From: Dipteris shenzhenensis
Taxonomy: Eukaryota
Reading direction: 5' to 3' (one strand)
Assembly: GCA_047967505.1 (NCBI GenBank)
Contig: CM106538.1
Length of the DNA stretch: 64,000 bases
Shown piece by piece: positions 62,440-64,000 of the stretch. The position numbers and the translations under genes were made by a program. Numbering within the stretch: the first letter of the stretch is position 1; each line of letters begins with the position of its first letter. The notes beneath the pieces are model-generated. The model saw nothing but the letters and a program-made list of their open reading frames with translations, made no database searches and had not been told where the DNA came from.

Positions 62440-64000
62440 TCTTGCGAGCCCCCTCCCGCAGCCTCTACCCCCCTAGCTCACCCCCGCCTCGGCCGCCCTC
62501 ACCCCCTCGCCTCTCCGCCCTCACCCCCTTGCCCCTCCGCCTCACCCCGCCCCCTCGCTTCGCCCTCACCCGCTCGCCCCTTCGCCTCACCCCGCCCCCT
62601 CGCTACGCCTCACTCCCCCTCGCCATCCCGTCTCACCCTGCCCCCTCGCTTCGCCCTCCCCTACCCCCTCGCTTCGCCCGCCCCCCGTCCCCTCGCTTCG
62701 CTCTCCCCCGCTCCCTCGCTTCACCCCGCCTCCTCGCTACGCCTGCCCCCCGCCCCTCCCGCCCTTCAGCCCCGCCCTCGCCCCTCCTGCCCTTCTGCAC
62801 CGCCCCCTCCCGCCCTTCCGCCCCGCCCCGCCCCACCCCTGCCGCCCCCGCCCTCGCCTCTTCACCCCCCCTGCCCTCCATCCTTAGCCCCCACCCTCGC
62901 TCTCCACCCCCGCCCCCTCCGCCTCCCGGCCTCCCGCCCTCGTTTCCACCGCCATCCCTCCCCCTCACCTTCGACCCCGGCCTCCACTCCCGCCCCGCCC
63001 TCCGCCCTCCAACCTTCCCGCCCTCCACCTCCGCCCTCGCCTGCGCCTCCGTTTCCCCCACCCGACTCGCATCGCCCCGTTTCGCCTCACCCGTCTTCAT
63101 CACACCCAGGCTCCACCCCCCTCATCTATCCCCTCCTTTTTTGGGTGGCAGCCTCTTCTTCATCGGAGGTTTCGCAGTTTGTCTTGGCGGTATGGCGGCT
63201 CCCTGCCCGGAACCGGAGGCCCAGTCGGACTCTCCCTCTCCAGATGCCTACCGCGTTATCTTGACAGAGCAACAATCGTCTCAGGTACAGGAGGTTGCCA
63301 ATGACTTTGCCCTTACCTCTGTCTATGGCAGAGTCATTGGACATTCCCCCTCCAGATCAGCCATCAGGGACTGGCTCCAGTCCACTCTCATGCTAGAGGA
63401 CAGCCACATTGAGGAGGTGGCCCTCATGGGAAGGGGCATCTTCTGGCTCAAACTCTCCACTGCGAAAGCTGCGAGCAACCTGATTGCTGGATCCCCCACA
63501 TCTGTGGATGGAAAGATCATTATGATAGTTCCTTGGTACCGTGGATTCAGTGCAACGGATTTTGATGCTCGGTTCCGCATACCTTGCCACCCAGTGATGC
63601 TAGTTTTTCCAGGCCTTGCTGTTGAGCTGCGGCCGATTGTCAGGGACCTGGGCTCCCACTTTGGCTGGGTTATGCATGACACTTTCGCCGACGCGGTTAC
63701 TACGGCAGGAGCCCCCCGAGTCCGTGTGGCTGTGGCGGACCCTGTGACTCTCCCTGCAGTGATTGAGATCGTGACAGATGCCGGCATCATTACCCAGAGC
63801 ATGGTAGTCATAGGACAGCCAGGCCAGTGCCTGAGGTGTCACGGCTTTGGGCACCTGGCTGCTATTTGTCCACGATTCTCCAGTTCCTCTCGGCCCCCCC
63901 GGCCCCCTCCCTCTCCACCCCCTCCCCCCCCCTCCGAGCAGCCACGTCAGGAGGAGCAGAGGCAGCCGGAGTCCGGTCCAGAGATAGCTGGCAGTTGGAC
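62440..64000 (+). mobile_element. Plant L1-clade LINE, 5' portion
   Basis: C-rich, CpG-rich 5' UTR (62445-63130) followed by an ORF1 that stays open to the window end. Confidence 0.8.
63192..64000 (+). CDS. L1 LINE ORF1 (DUF4283-like RRM + CX2CX4HX4C zinc knuckle), runs off the window
   Basis: My translation: MAAPCPE...VYGRVIGHSPSRSAIRDWL...LMGRGIFWLKL...VDGKIIMIVPW...FPGLAVEL...CLRCHGFGHLAAICP; no stop before 64000, which explains its absence from the ORF track. Confidence 0.85.
   Translation, partial: MAAPCPEPEAQSDSPSPDAYRVILTEQQSSQVQEVANDFALTSVYGRVIGHSPSRSAIRDWLQSTLMLEDSHIEEVALMGRGIFWLKLSTAKAASNLIAGSPTSVDGKIIMIVPWYRGFSATDFDARFRIPCHPVMLVFPGLAVELRPIVRDLGSHFGWVMHDTFADAVTTAGAPRVRVAVADPVTLPAVIEIVTDAGIITQSMVVIGQPGQCLRCHGFGHLAAICPRFSSSSRPPRPPPSPPPPPPSEQPRQEEQRQPESGPEIAGSW

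Noticed and set aside
62431-63264. 277-aa Pro-rich ORF (extensin-like) and its Gly/Arg-rich antisense ORF
   Set aside because: Low-complexity C-rich L1 5' UTR; the real ORF1 starts at 63192 in another frame.

Overview
Repeat-dense plant nuclear DNA. The element families and long TE-filled intron suggest a large-genome seed-free plant such as a fern, but this is inference. The only host gene I can support is three 3' exons on the minus strand (34318-34130, 33429-32893, 32776-32744). They encode the C-terminal UDP-sugar-pyrophosphorylase-like domain of the plant RimM-family protein (At5g46420-like), and the upstream intron appears to run at least 29 kb to the window end. The rest is nested transposons: a very young intact chromodomain Gypsy (3874-10405; 462-bp LTRs differing at 1 nt; TSD AGGAC), an older minus-strand copy of that family interrupted by a second Gypsy (48940-57750; TSD TAGAC; tRNA-Glu-like PBS), two decayed Copia copies of one family, fragments of other Copia/LTR families, and a plant L1 LINE at the right edge. 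Three signals stand out. (1) Three copies of a ~1.3-kb ORF1-only, non-LTR-like element with an animal-L1-type ORF1, a covarying 3' stem-loop, a 5' hairpin/pseudoknot and CTCTCTT left junctions. (2) Copia leaders packed with GTAC/CCGTAC, the SBP/SPL-type motif. (3) A 4.2-kb ~181-bp satellite whose unit is itself a palindrome.
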